DNA of 63,975 nucleotides, filler included, from Octopus bimaculoides (Eukaryota): NCBI RefSeq assembly GCF_001194135.2. It is 5 parts of 5 records of this genome, joined end to end, with 100 filler letters (N's around TTAATTAATTAA, not from the genome) between each part and the next. Parts side by side here need not be neighbours in the genome. Positions count along the whole stretch, not along the records: positions 1 to 26,970 come from NC_068982.1; positions 27,071 to 42,341 come from NC_068983.1; 3 more parts are not named here. One strand, 5' to 3'. The notes beneath the pieces were generated by a model. It was not told where the DNA came from, made no database searches, and saw only the letters and a list, made by a program, of their open reading frames with translations. A program made the translations under genes and the position numbers. How positions within the stretch are numbered: the stretch's first letter is position 1; each line of letters opens with the position of its first letter. Shown here in pieces: positions 23,620-36,265 of this stretch.

Positions 23620-25083
23620 AGTGCATGTGTGGGTGTACGTATGAGTGTATTAACAGCTATCCTATGTATGTGCGGCCGAAAATGTTTACATTACTAGAGC
23701 TTTATTTGTAATTTGGTACATATATATATACATATATTAGATTAAGATATGTATATTATAAATTTATGTAACATTTATAAATGCAGATGCAGAACATTTG
23801 TAGCTGCAATATTTTGTCTCAAAGAAAACACACAGCCCAGGACATTTTGAGCCAATCTGAGAAACATATGTTGTGATACAAAAATCAGGGAGCAATATTA
23901 AATAAAAATAATGAAGATGTAAATACAGACATAGACCGGCAACCAAGCACGGATGTTAATTTAATTCTAACCTGGTTATCTTTCACATAAATCAGTGAAT
24001 GTTTACTTGTATATATGTCTGTGTGTTTACATATTGTAAAACACCTAAATGAACTCATCCAAAAATATTCATTCGGTCGATCGTGATTTTAAATCATGAC
24101 ATCCGAAGAGGTGAATAGACTATAGGAATAGTATTACATATTTCCATATATTACGGAACATATGACATAACGTTGTATGAATTGCATAACATAGTATAAG
24201 ATATAGAATAAATGATATCGTTTTAATTTGAATTACGACCGGCTTATATGAGAAAGTGAAAGAACGTTAATTTTATTGTGCTTATTGTACGAACGGCATA
24301 ACTTCATAATTACTATGAAATAAATGACATTCGTTCAGAGAATCATGGGTAACCTTCATTGGATTTCTCTTCTCAATTAAAATGATTATTCACTTTGTGA
24401 GGATTATAACATGCCTACTGGATCTACATGTCTTTGATTAGCGAAGTGCTCGTCTTATAATTGACCGAATTGGAACTACATTTCCTTAGATTGTTACAGC
24501 ATTATGCTAGCCAGGTTAGTACATGCAATACTGCTGAAATGATGACCTGGACTAAACTTACCCAACAACTGCCANNNNNNNNNNNNNNNNNNNNNNNNNN
24601 NNNNNNNNNNNNNNNNNNNNNNNNNNNNNNNNNNNNNNNNNNNNNNNNNNNNNNNNNNNNNNNNNNNNNNNNNNNNNNNNNNNNNNNNNNNNNNNNNNNN
24701 NNNNNNNNNNNNNNNNNNNNNNNNNNNNNNNNNNNNNNNNNNNNNNNNNNNNNNNNNNNNNNNNNNNNNNNNNNNNNNNNNNNNNNNNNNNNNNNNNNNN
24801 NNNNNNNNNNNNNNNNNNNNNNNNNNNNNNNNNNNNNNNNNNNNNNNNNNNNNNNNNNNNNNNNNNNNNNNNNNNNNNNNNNNNNNNNNNNNNNNNNNNN
24901 NNNNNNNNNNNNNNNNNNNNNNNNNNNNNNNNNNNNNNNNNNNNNNNNNNNNNNNNNNNNNNNNNNNNNNNNNNNNNNNNNNNNNNNNNNNNNNNNNNNN
25001 NNNNNNNNNNNNNNNNNNNNNNNNNNNNNNNNNNNNNNNNNNNNNNNNNNNNNNNNNNNNNNNNNNNNNNNNNNNNNNNNNNN

Positions 25084-25145
<62 letters not shown>

Positions 25146-25285
25146 CTTTACTTTTGTGAAGGCTCGATAGGTAGGTAGTAGCAGATCTGAAGAAATATTT
25201 TATATTTGAAATCACGATCGCCAGATCGTCAGTGCAGCACACTAATCATAAAGACATGCGCCCTCATACACACACACACATATGC

Positions 25286-25356
<71 letters not shown>

Positions 25357-25865
25357 AGTGTGGATAAATAGTTACATGCATATTTTCATTAGGAGTGCTA
25401 TAAATATAGTTTATTACTTTATATTAGACGATCAAAGGTTTGCTATCAGCCAGTAATCAGTACTATTGGCTTTAGAGTGGAATTGATATTTCAAGTTTTC
25501 GTGATATTGGCGGCTGAATGACATCAGCGAAGAAGAGAAATTTAAATAGCTACAAATCGAAATATTTGTTCTAAAATTGCATGTGTACGTACATATGTAT
25601 GCATGTATGTGTGTATATACTCATACATATCTGTATATATATTTGAAGCAAATATTTTAAAGTAGAAATGTACGCATTTATATCTCATGCTTTTATATTA
25701 TATGTATTGATATAAACATATCGGGTCTAACATAACAGTATGTGTGTGTGAGAAACTCTATATATGCGAATGTGTGTATGTATATATATATATATATATA
25801 AATATATGTATATATCCATATACTCATGCATAATTATATATACATATATGCATGTGTGTGTCTGT

Positions 25866-25909
<44 letters not shown>

Positions 25910-26027
25910 ATTGAGCATTGTAGAACAATTGGCACGTTTCTAGAAATTTATATCTACATTACAAATATATGCGTGAATGTGCAAGTGGTTGTATATGTGT
26001 GTGTGCACACCTGTGCAAATATATATA

Positions 26028-26670
26028 CGAGGTCTGATCAATAGGTATTAGGACCGTTGCCATAGTAATGAAGCTAAAGCACGCAAGGCAAAGCCGCTTG
26101 GGAGTGATTGACCTTGAACTCTACTCTGCATGCGCACTAACTTTTATTGATCTAGCTCACTTCCGCTGTTTACAGCAATGCTTAGAAGGAAAGTGTGTAG
26201 CGCGTAATCGTCACATTGACCATGACAACATTTTCATTGTGATAACTGCTCAGAGGCCTACGCAAATTTGCAGAAAATGTATGGAAAGGAGTGTATGAGC
26301 TGCACACAAGTGCACGACTCGTTCAGACGCTTCCAAGGTGGCCGAAAAAATGTCGATATTGACGAACGCTCTGGGAGACCCGCAACCAGTAGGACTGAGA
26401 AAAACATCGCAGATGTGCGTGCAGCTTCGACGAGAAACCGTCGAATCACCATCTCTGTGAAGATTAGTTACGGTTCAGTTCAGTCTATTATCACTGAAAA
26501 TGTGGGTATGAGACGCTTGACTGCCAAGTTTATACTAAAACTGCTTTCAGCTGACCAAAAAAGACACCCGGGTCTCAGTTGCACAAGATCTCCTCGTTTG
26601 AGTCGAGAACGATGAAAACGTCTTGAAAACTTTGCGTAGGCCTCTAAGCAGGTATCACCAAGCTTTTGGC
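26028..26670 (+). mobile_element. Mariner derivative (5' TIR, transposase N-terminus, inverted N-terminal segment)
   Basis: TA|CGAGGTCTGATCAATAG TIR; MYGKECMSCTQV...DERSGRPATSRTEKNI...GMRRLTAKFILKLL. Confidence 0.85.
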
Positions 26671-26779
26671 GGTAATTTTTAATTTTAAGATTAATCTTCT
26701 TTCGTTTATGGAAGGAGATCTTGATTTTCATCCCGATGAACATGTTTACTTTCATTTTGGTAATGCTTTTTTCTCATAG

Positions 26780-26945
26780 GCGTAGAAGTGGCTGTGTGGT
26801 AAGTAGCTTGCCTACCAACCACATGGCTCCGGGTTCAGTCCCACTGCATGGCACCATTGGCAAGTGTCTTCTACTATAGCCTCGGGCCGACCAAAGCCTT
26901 GTGAGTGGATTTGGTAGACGGAAACTGAAAGGGAGTCCGTCGTAT
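26780..26945 (+). mobile_element. tRNA-derived CORE-like SINE family B (5' part)
   Basis: GTGGCTGTGTGGTAAG (A-box), GGGTTCAGTCCC (B-box), GGCACC.TTGGCAAGTGTC (CORE-like), GTGAGTGGATTTGGTAGACGGAAACTGAAAG. Confidence 0.85.
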
Positions 26946-26970
26946 ATATGTATATATATATATATATATA

Positions 26971-27070
26971 NNNNNNNNNNNNNNNNNNNNNNNNNNNNNN
27001 NNNNNNNNNNNNNNTTAATTAATTAANNNNNNNNNNNNNNNNNNNNNNNNNNNNNNNNNNNNNNNNNNNN
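26971..27070. other. Artificial 100-bp scaffold join spacer (N44-TTAATTAATTAA-N44)
   Basis: Exactly 44 N, a 12-mer with stops in all six frames, and 44 N; identical at 42342, 51286 and 62663. Confidence 0.95.
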
Positions 27071-27594
27071 AAAAGAGGGGAGGACAGTTTAGGTTTAGCC
27101 GTGGAAGGAAAAGCCTACGGAAAAGACCACGGTAACCTTGGTCAATATTCTCATTGAAGAAACTATAACAGTAAGTGTCTCTCTTTTGCCTTTTTTTTTT
27201 TTTTCTGGTTCATAGGGTTATGCTCGATAGATAGATGGATAGACAGACAGACATACAGGTAAGTAAGACAGAGAAAAGAAATCTGCAATTCGCGTAATAT
27301 AATTTGTTGGAAGCTAGAACTTCTTAGATCGTTACTCTGAGTTTCTTGGTTCTGGTTCTCATAAAAATGGTATGAAATAGACATGCAGTGAAGATATCTG
27401 AACATCATGACAAATACGGATGAGATAAAACAGAACAAAAAAGTTTTATTGTTAGATAATACAGACGTTATTTGAAAAATAGGGGAGATAAGCTGCCCGT
27501 TGAAATCAAACTACGCAAAATACTAAGCATATGTATGTAAATAAATGAAAAAATATGAATAAACGAGTATACATGTTCGAGAAAAGTAGGTGAA

Positions 27595-27649
<55 letters not shown>

Positions 27650-27664
27650 TGGAGTGAGTATGTT

Positions 27665-28150
27665 CTCTTCTATTTTTAATAATTTATCTTCCTGTTAGGA
27701 GGGAGCTGGTTTCTAGCAAAGATACAACGCTCCATCGTTAGCATGTGGTTAACAAAAGCAAATTCACATTTTGAACTCGAGAATAGTCTTATATATTTTA
27801 AGTATTCCACTTCCAGGTTGCAATTGTAATGTGCGTGTTAACTGTTTTTCTGAAAACCTCAGCTTATTCAGAATGTCATACGAGCATTTACTTACAAGAT
27901 CAAATTATTGTTGGTATAAATGTAAATTTATTTTCAGGGTACAGAAGGTGGTGGCTTCTAAGCAGTTGCTCCGTAGTTATTCTCATTGTCTTTGATTTTC
28001 GAAGACATATTAACACCAGCAGGGCAGCTAACCTCTATGACGGCACATACTTTTTCTTATGTGTCCCAAAGAATATCCGGCCTGTTACGTTTGTACTTGG
28101 TGGAAGTTTTTATATGAATGTCCCACTAATTAATATTCCTTTTGTTGATA
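27665..28150 (-). mobile_element. R4/Dong RLE domain and 3'UTR fragment
   Basis: Minus translation WDIHIKTSTKYKRNRPDILWD...VIEVSCPAGVNMSSKIK...LLYPENKFTFIP; the 3'UTR matches 13245-13320. Confidence 0.85.
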
Positions 28151-28676
28151 TTTATGTATGTATTCAATAACAGGGGAGGGTCTTTATGTTTATCCCAGGT
28201 GTATGTAGAAGAGGTTGCGAGAGAGACAAGAAGGGAAAAAGGACGAGAGAACGAAGAATGGGCACGCACGAAGTGAAGAATGGCCAAGGACGACGCGACG
28301 AACAGCTGATGGGGGGNNNNNNNNNNNNNNNNNNNNNNNNNNGGGGGGGGGGGTGATGAGGGAGAAGGGTGATGAGAGAGGGGGGAAAAGAGGGAAGAGA
28401 TGGCGGGTGAAGGGAAAGAGGGAAGGGGAGAATAGTCGAAAAGGGAAGAACAGAGAAATAAAGAAGAGGAAAGGAGGTAAAAAGTGACAGGAAGTGGAGG
28501 AAGAGAAAGTGTAAAAGGAAGGAAGATGAAGAAGTGGAGGAAATAGATGAAGCGGAGGAAGGCAAAAAGGAGGAAAAGAAGTGGGTAGAAGGGAAGGAGA
28601 GAGAAGAAGACGTCTTCCTGTTCCACCACTTCTCTTCATTCTCTCCTCCAATCCATCACTCCTCCCTTTTTCCCTG

Positions 28677-28860
28677 TGCATAGCGGCAATTCGTCCGGCT
28701 TTACGTCCTGAGTTCAAATACCACCGAATTCGACTTTGCCTTTCATCCTTTTGGAGTCGGTAAAATAAGTAACAGTTGAACACTGGGGTCGTTATAATTC
28801 ACTGTTTCTTCTCTATAAAATTTCAGAACTTGTGCCTACAATAGGAGGAAAGGTTATTAT
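28677..28860 (+). mobile_element. SINE family A copy (5'-truncated)
   Basis: CTGAGTTCAAAT...GCCTTTCATCCTTTTGGAGTCGGTAAAATAAGT. Confidence 0.8.
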
Positions 28861-28869
28861 TATTATTCG

Positions 28870-31040
28870 AGGAATTTAGGATAAAGGGAGACCTAGTTAG
28901 GAAGCTAGAAGAAGCGCTTTGGTGAGGCATAGCGACTGACATGCTGGCGGCGAGATTGGTTCTTGATCAATTCTTCAAGGCCAAGCACGAAGGTTGCGTT
29001 GTCAGAGTTAGGGTGCGTGCATTGAGACGGGTGGGGAGGAAAGTCGTTAGATGATCCCGGGTGGCAGAGGCGCTACGTGGAAACAAAGTTACAATTCGGT
29101 CTATGGCGAGCTGCGTTGGGCACATGATACCCGAGTCCAAGCAGATGTGCGCGGGATTTCAGCAGCACGCGGCAGGTCGGGGACGGAGATGGATTTCACC
29201 GCCTATCTCAGTGGCATGTCAGGGATGCATAGGTAGGGCCATGATCAATCTGGATAAGCGAAAGTTTTTGATAGGGTCGACCACCAATATTTGGAGGCTG
29301 TTCTCGTGGCAGCGGGTTTCGGTCCCATGTTCAGAGGCTGGATCGGTAGCCAAAGCAAATGGCCACCTGTCGGAATCGTTTAGCATCGTTTTCGCCTCTT
29401 CTGTAAGTACTGGCTCTTACCTCTTCTATACGTGCTAGCTCTCACCTCTTCTGTATGTACTGGCTCTCATCTATTCTGAATGTACTGGCTCTCGAGCCAT
29501 TGATGCGGAAGCCTGGATGTTTCGAGGGGCGTTCTCCTGGATCCAGGATGCGGTAGTTTCGTGTTGGCTTATACGGACGACGTCACCGTAGTAGTGTCGG
29601 GCATCTCGGAAATCTAGGTGATCCGCACTGCTCTAATAGAGTACGAAGCGGTGACAAGAGCAAAGAATAACAGGGAGAAGTCGGTGGGCCCGTAGCTGGA
29701 GAGGCAGGTCCATGTCAACCGACAGCGTTGTAGGGCGCTGGACGGAAGGACCGGTTAAATTGCTCGGGTTTGCTTTGATTCAGACCTTCAGGTGAACAAG
29801 AACTTGGGGGAGGTGACGATTAGAGTGGCCAGTCTCACTCAGAAATGGATAGAGAGGAAGCTGTCCCTGAAGGGTCGGACAGAGGTGGTGAATGCGTACA
29901 TTGCATCCGCCATCTACTACCACCTAACTGTCGTCCCTTGTCACACTTCGTGCCTGATCAAGCTGGAGTGCTTGCTCTTCTGCTTTCTGTAGAAGAGACG
30001 TGTTCTGCTCGTCAAACGGTCCATCTGCTGTCAACAGCCGCTGAGTGGAGGACTGGGCATGCCGTGGCTAACGATGCGCAGACATGCGCTGAGATTGCGA
30101 CATCTCTAGCGTTTTCTAAACGGTGAGCATGTGTCGTCGCCGTTTCTCAGGCAGGATTTTCCGAAGCTCCTGTTACTGACAGGGCTACAGTCCTGGATCA
30201 AGTGTAGACCAGGAAAGGGCACTTGGCACCTGGATTGTCGGCAAGCGCTCACAGCTTTCTGGCAGTCGGGCAACGCAGTTGATGGAAGTTCGACGATGGA
30301 GTTCTATCGGGAATTAGTGGTGGGCAAGAGCGAAGACATTCTCGGGGAAGCTCTGGGAGTCGGCAGGGATCAACTAACTGGTCTTTTTCAGAGGACTTTC
30401 TGGCCAGGGCCTATGGATAACTTCCAGAAATCCGTGGTCTGTCAGTGCTACCGGGAAGCTCTGCCGGTTCGAGACAAGCTCTACAGACACGAAAGTATTG
30501 TCCGAGGTGTGCGCAGGGTGATGAAACTGTCCTGCGTACAGTCATCCAGTGTCCGTGCATTACTGACTTGTGGAGCCTTGTCGAAGAGCGTTTGTCGTGT
30601 GTAGGGCGGATCCGGTTATCAGCTGAATCCACCGTGAAGATCGCCCCGTCGCCTTACTTTGGCCGGAAAGGAAAGGCAGTTTTCCTCTGACTAGTGTCTA
30701 TGGCGACGGAGGTAGTGTGATGGACGAGATTGAATGGACTCAAGGCAGACACTTTCCTTTTCAGCCAAGCCCTCATCGACTTTTTCAAGTTCCACTTGAA
30801 AAGGTAAGTGAGGTTAGAGAAGGAAGTCCCCCCCCCCCAACTCCGCTAGTTTTTTGCTGAGAGGTGGGTGAATGTGGCGAGGACGGCCCGTGTGAATGGG
30901 CCCACTCTGAACATGCGCCTGTATGTTGAGGGGAAGAGGAATGCCTGCCTGAGGTGCTCTTGGCGGTCGGGGTGACCAGGATGTATGGGATGCTTTAGTT
31001 GGCCGTGGTGGAACTACCCCCATTGGGGTTTTTCGTTATT
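28870..31040 (+). mobile_element. Tx1/L1-clade LINE remnant (linker, RT, C-terminal zinc knuckle, 3'UTR)
   Basis: INLD..K.FDRVDHQYLEAVL.AAGFGP, SPLLYVLALEP, AYTDDVTV, RKLSLKGRTEVVNAYI, GGLG, CPRCAQGDETV...QCP; many disablements. Confidence 0.85.
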
Positions 31041-31049
31041 AGAAGTTTC

Positions 31050-31700
<651 letters not shown>

Positions 31701-31949
31701 GCTCTAATCAAGTAGATTTCGATGAAAGTTGTTCCAGCTACAACAAATCTAGCGTATTTTTGTAGTCTATAAAGGATTATCGATGACGAATTGGTAGAAT
31801 TGTTAGAACATCAGAAAGGAAGCCTTGTGATATTCGTTCCGGCTTTCTGCGATGTTAGTTAAAATCCATCCGAAGTCAATTTTGTATTTCGATAAATAAA
31901 TTACTGGTCTCGAGCTGAGGTTGTTTCTTCTCTCTTTCTTAGAGGAAGA

Positions 31950-32620
31950 AATCGACTGTGTTCTGACCTGCTGAGAGCTGCCCAAGATAAGCTGTATGTT
32001 ACTCTGTCTATATCTCATCTCACCTTCGTTAATCTTGAGCAACAAACATTTACAATCCTCAAAAGTGGCACAATTTTTCGGCCTCATAATCTCTAAGGGC
32101 TTTTTCCGAAGATCCTACATATATTACATAGCTAAAACTCTGTCCAGAAGATTCGGCTGAATTCTAAGGGCAAGAAAATTCTTCAGTTCTTATCAAGTGC
32201 TGATCCTCTAGAAAATTCAATGAAGATGCATAATTGAATATTAGTCCCACGTGGAGGACGGTGCTGTTGTTAAACTCAAAATCCTTGACCATATGAAAAA
32301 GACTAACTTATTATCAAAGTCCCACTCACCTACATACTTTCTTGTCTCCTCACTCTGCTATTTTTTGCTATTACCACGGCTTCTACTTCTCTGAACCAGA
32401 TAGTTGCATACGAGGTCCACTAGGGCATTTCCAACACACACATTTTCTTTTCTTTCGTATACCATATCGCGTCTAACTATCCAAGCCCTGTACTAAACAC
32501 TGTAGAGAGACTGCGGAGTTCAGGAGCAAAACTCCCTTCTCCGACTAAGCCACCAGAAAAAAATTCCAGTAATATCAAGAGTAAAATCCTCAATCAAAAA
32601 CATCAGAACAACGACTTCCG
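31950..32620 (+). mobile_element. Highly decayed LINE (CR1/jockey-like) C-terminal remnant
   Basis: Fragments LIISK, YIAKTLSRRFG.ILRARKFF and EY.SHVW resemble the post-RT region of jockey/CR1-group LINEs. Confidence 0.45.
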
Positions 32621-32869
32621 CTAAGTAAATGAAGTTAAAGACGCTGAACTCTCAATAGCTCAGTCCAACTGTATTCTTATAGGTCCAGTAGAGATGTATA
32701 AGTTTAATGATGTAAGCAGCACGTCTGTAAAAATTAACATCATTGTGACAGAATTTTCTGGTAGATGTGCCAAAACGAGGTGTTTAGGTCCTACCAGTTC
32801 GTTTTCATCTAACTGTGACATGATATTAATCGCTATAATCTCAAAACTCTCAAACATAGGAATCGGTCG

Positions 32870-33270
32870 TTGTTGATGACGTTGTCATCGTCGTCAGCGC
32901 TGCCACCGCCGCCACCGTTGGATTCGTCGTAGTTGTTGCTGCTGCTGTTGCTGTTGTTGTTGTTGTTGTTCTTCTTCTTCTTCTTCTTCTTCTTCTTCTT
33001 CTTCTTCTTCTTCTTCTTCTTCCTCTTCCTCTTCCTTTCTCCTCCTCCTCCTCCTCCTCCTCCTCCTCTTGTTCCTTACAGCTAAACGAAAATAACCTCA
33101 GCATCGTCGACGGGAACGACTGCTACCAAAACGACGAAAATAACAACGGAATAAACACTTGAAAACAGGAACAACAAGAGATAACCACTACATCGTCACC
33201 ATCATCATCATCAATAACAACAAATGAAACAACCACTACATCATCATCATTAACAACAACAATAACGGCA
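32870..33270. repeat. Compound trinucleotide low-complexity block
   Basis: (TGT)n, (TCT)n, (CCT)n, (CAT)n and (CAA)n runs. Confidence 0.9.
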
Positions 33271-33494
33271 GCAAAAACTGTGCCGATAGATAATTGAAGT
33301 ACTTGAACTGACGTCCATCTCTTGAACAGATGATAGTTACTTCTGTTGACTGATATCAAGTTCTGGGCCACCGTTGACATGTGCGCTTGGAGTTGAGTTC
33401 ATAAACTATATCATATATTAGTTATTATATTCTGATTCGAAGATTTTCACTATCCGTAAAGCTTTCTGCTCTTTGATAATGTTGTTGACATTGC

Positions 33495-33665
33495 TGTTTA
33501 ACCCGAGCTCAAATCCGAGAGAGTTGATCTATGATCGAAGCAATTTCATCCGTTATATTCCCATTTTTTTTATACATCCAAGAATAGATTGTATAATGTG
33601 CACTTCCGTTTTTTAAGACGGTAGGATGTGATTTGGGTGAGAAAGTTTGGCTACTTTTTCTAGCC
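33495..33665 (+). mobile_element. Unclassified interspersed repeat (family D)
   Basis: TTTTAAGACGGTAGGATGTGATTTGGGTGAGAAAGTTTGGCTAC.TTTTCTAGC. Related segments lie near 15270, 40080-40170, 50165-50515 (reverse, interrupted) and 62960. Confidence 0.45.
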
Positions 33666-33714
33666 TTTCTTGGAATAGCAGAGAGACACCTTAAGCGGAG
33701 TCAGCGAAGATATA

Positions 33715-34996
33715 TTGGGTCATCCCATTATCAATGCAGTTTTTTAATACTTTTATTTTTCAAAATTAAGATAAACAAAGTTTTTTTTAATCTAAAAATA
33801 TACTCTCCTTCATTTTCTACTATGCTCTTCCATCTATCTGGTAGACTTGCAAGGCCCCTTTTCCAAAATTCACTTGTCCGTGACCAAAAATATTCTTCCA
33901 GTACTGTCCTGACCTAGTCTACAGGATTCATAATTTTTCTGTCCAAATTATTTTGAAGATTTCAGAATAAATGACATTCAGATGGGGTAATGTCCAGCGG
34001 ATATGGAGTGGGGGCACCGTTTCCCATTCAAACTGCTCCAGCCTTTGAAATGTCATCCTCGTTGTATGTGGCCGAGCATTATCCTGATGGAAGAACACCT
34101 TTTGTCTTGAAACCAAAGATAGTCGTTTTCTTCTAGTGGTGACTGAAGCCGCTCCAGCTGCTCGCAGCAGATTTCTTTTGTTATCATTTGGATTGGGTTT
34201 AAAAGTTCAAAGTAGACTAAACTTTTCATATTTCACCAAACAGGTAAGAGTACCTTACGTGGGTGAAGACTTTTAGCCTGGGCTGCCGGTGTTTCTCCTT
34301 TCCCTACCCACTGTCTTCGGTGCTTGACATTTTTATAGAGAACCCATTTCTCGTCACCAGTCACTTTTCAGTTCAAAAAAGGTTCATTCGGGAGATGTGA
34401 CAGCAAAGAAGAACACACATTCACTCTCTGCGCACGATTAAACACGGAAAGTTTGTCAAGAACCCATTGACCCAATTTGCTGACTTTTCTGATGGCACAC
34501 AGGTGTCGGTGAATGGTTGAATGAATAAATCCAAGCTTCTCTGCTAATTCCTCAACAGTTACGATGAGATTTTGTTTCACCAAGGTTTTCAGGACGTCCA
34601 CGTCGAGCTCTATAGATCTTCCAGGATGATGCTCGTCTTCTAGGCTGTAGATTCCGGCTCGGAATTTCTGGAACCACCGCTGACATTGGCTTACGCTTAT
34701 TGTCCAATCCCCATGTACTGCATCAATATTCCTCGTACTTTCCGTTGTATTGTTGCCTTTATTGAACTCATAAAACAAAAATATGCCGAATATGCTCCTT
34801 TCTTACTTCCATTATAGCTTTGAAAAGATAACTATTAAAATCGAACTGCACTCTTCAAAATTTGCACTAAGAATAAGGACAAGGAAAAATTGCTACCTGC
34901 TTTTATAGCAAGTTGATGCACGCAGTTTATCCCGTCCCCCTCTGACTTTTTGTTCATGCAATTGAAAAAAACCGTATTATTTATAAGATGACGCAA
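33715..34996 (-). mobile_element. Full-length defective mariner (about 1.28 kb, imperfect TIRs, TA target duplication)
   Basis: TA|TTGGGTCATCCCATTATCAATGCAG at left and the reverse TA|TTGCGTCATCTTATAAATAATACGG at right. Transposase pieces: CQRWFQKFRAG.YSLEDE..PGR, KLGQWV, FHQDNARPHT. Confidence 0.9.
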
Positions 34997-35084
34997 TATA
35001 TATTAAAAACGTTTTAGAAAAAGTTCTTGATACAGTCACAATACTTTGAAGAAAGATTCTCTTAAATTAAAATTTTAAAACGGA

Positions 35085-35092
35085 ATAACGCA

Positions 35093-35157
<65 letters not shown>

Positions 35158-35180
35158 CATTATTATTATTATTATTATTT
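35085..35180. repeat. (TAT)n microsatellite
   Basis: Direct reading. Confidence 0.95.
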
Positions 35181-35554
35181 AAAGCAGTTTGATTCGGCTC
35201 TATGCGACTTAAAGTTTCACTGGCTCTAACAGAAATTTGGTCGTCTAANNNNNNNNNNNNNNNNNNNNNNNNNNNNNNNNNNNNNNNNNNNNNNNNNNNN
35301 NNNNNNNNNNNNNNNNNNNNNNNNNNNNNNNNNNNNNNNNNNNNNNNNNNNNNNNNNNNNNNNNNNNNNNNNNNNNNNNNNNNNNNNNNNNNNNNNNNNN
35401 NNNNNNNNNNNNNNNNNNNNNNNNNNNNNNNNNNNNNNNNNNNNNNNNNNNNNNNNNNNNNNNNNNNNNNNNNNNNNATTTATACATACATACATACATA
35501 CATACATACATACATACATACATACATACATACATACACATATATAAGTTAGTT

Positions 35555-36265
35555 AAGGTAAATCCCAGCTGTTTCCTCTTGAAGCATATATGCTTATTCC
35601 AATATTACAATCAATATGCATCCATAGCTGGTGCTGTATGTGAGACAAAATGCAAACTAAAACATAGAATTATGGAAAAACTATTTGCAGACTTAATTTA
35701 TAAGAAAACACCGAATTTAGGATCGATAATCGCAGGGAATAATAGATTTAAGCTTGGGTATAACAGGAATATGGGTAGCACCAATACGAGCAGTATTAAT
35801 GATAATATAGATAAAGAACGTGCAGGGATGAGTAACCGGAATAAAGCCTGAAATTTGCGGAACCGCATTTTATGTCCCTTAGGGGGTTCCTGCTTAAGGA
35901 AAAACGTGGTATACAAGACTGAGGTTTTAACTGTCAATCAACCCAAGAAAATATACATAGAAAGTACTACGGAATTTAAAACGAAATATAGAAGACACAT
36001 CAGCTCATTCTCAAACTCAGGAACAAAAATGCAAAAGCGCTGGCTACGTATATTAATAAAATAAAAATGCGGAATAAGGAATTTCGACTAGACTGGTCAA
36101 TCATATCGGAAACCACCCCCATATAGAACGTATACTGGAAGGTGTAAGTTATGTACAAAGGAAGCAATCAGTATACTTCGTACAGACTAGAAAATTTTAA
36201 TTGATAAAATCTCGGACGTTATAATTGTATTTAGGCATAAGTATTTAGCTACGTTTAAGTTTTTT
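35555..36265 (+). mobile_element. Penelope-like element remnant (linker and GIY-YIG endonuclease)
   Basis: YKKTPNLGSII; CPLGGSCLRKNVVYK...KIYI...FKTKYRRHISSF; DWSII...CKLCTKE. Confidence 0.85.

Noticed and set aside
23830-23876. GAAAC-ATAT-GTT with an upstream CCCAGGA
   Set aside because: The core has two mismatches and there is no stem II; counted only as a 3'-half motif.
25187-25219. CTGAAGA-AT-rich hairpin-GAAA-TCACGA-TC
   Set aside because: Stem II pairs only by consuming the core A9, and there is no stem I; probably chance in AT-rich DNA.
27817-28170. 117-codon plus-strand frame with an AG acceptor and signal-peptide-like start (ORF 27829-28170), a tempting first exon for the RTK
   Set aside because: The opposite strand is clearly an R4/Dong endonuclease (RPDIL...VIEVSC), so the plus frame is an antisense shadow.
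32683-32760. 78-nt phase 1-1 candidate exon (GPVEMYKFNDVSSTSVKINIIVTEFS), vaguely FN3-like
   Set aside because: Weak donor (gtagat), lacks the FN3 Trp, and has no supporting neighbouring exons.
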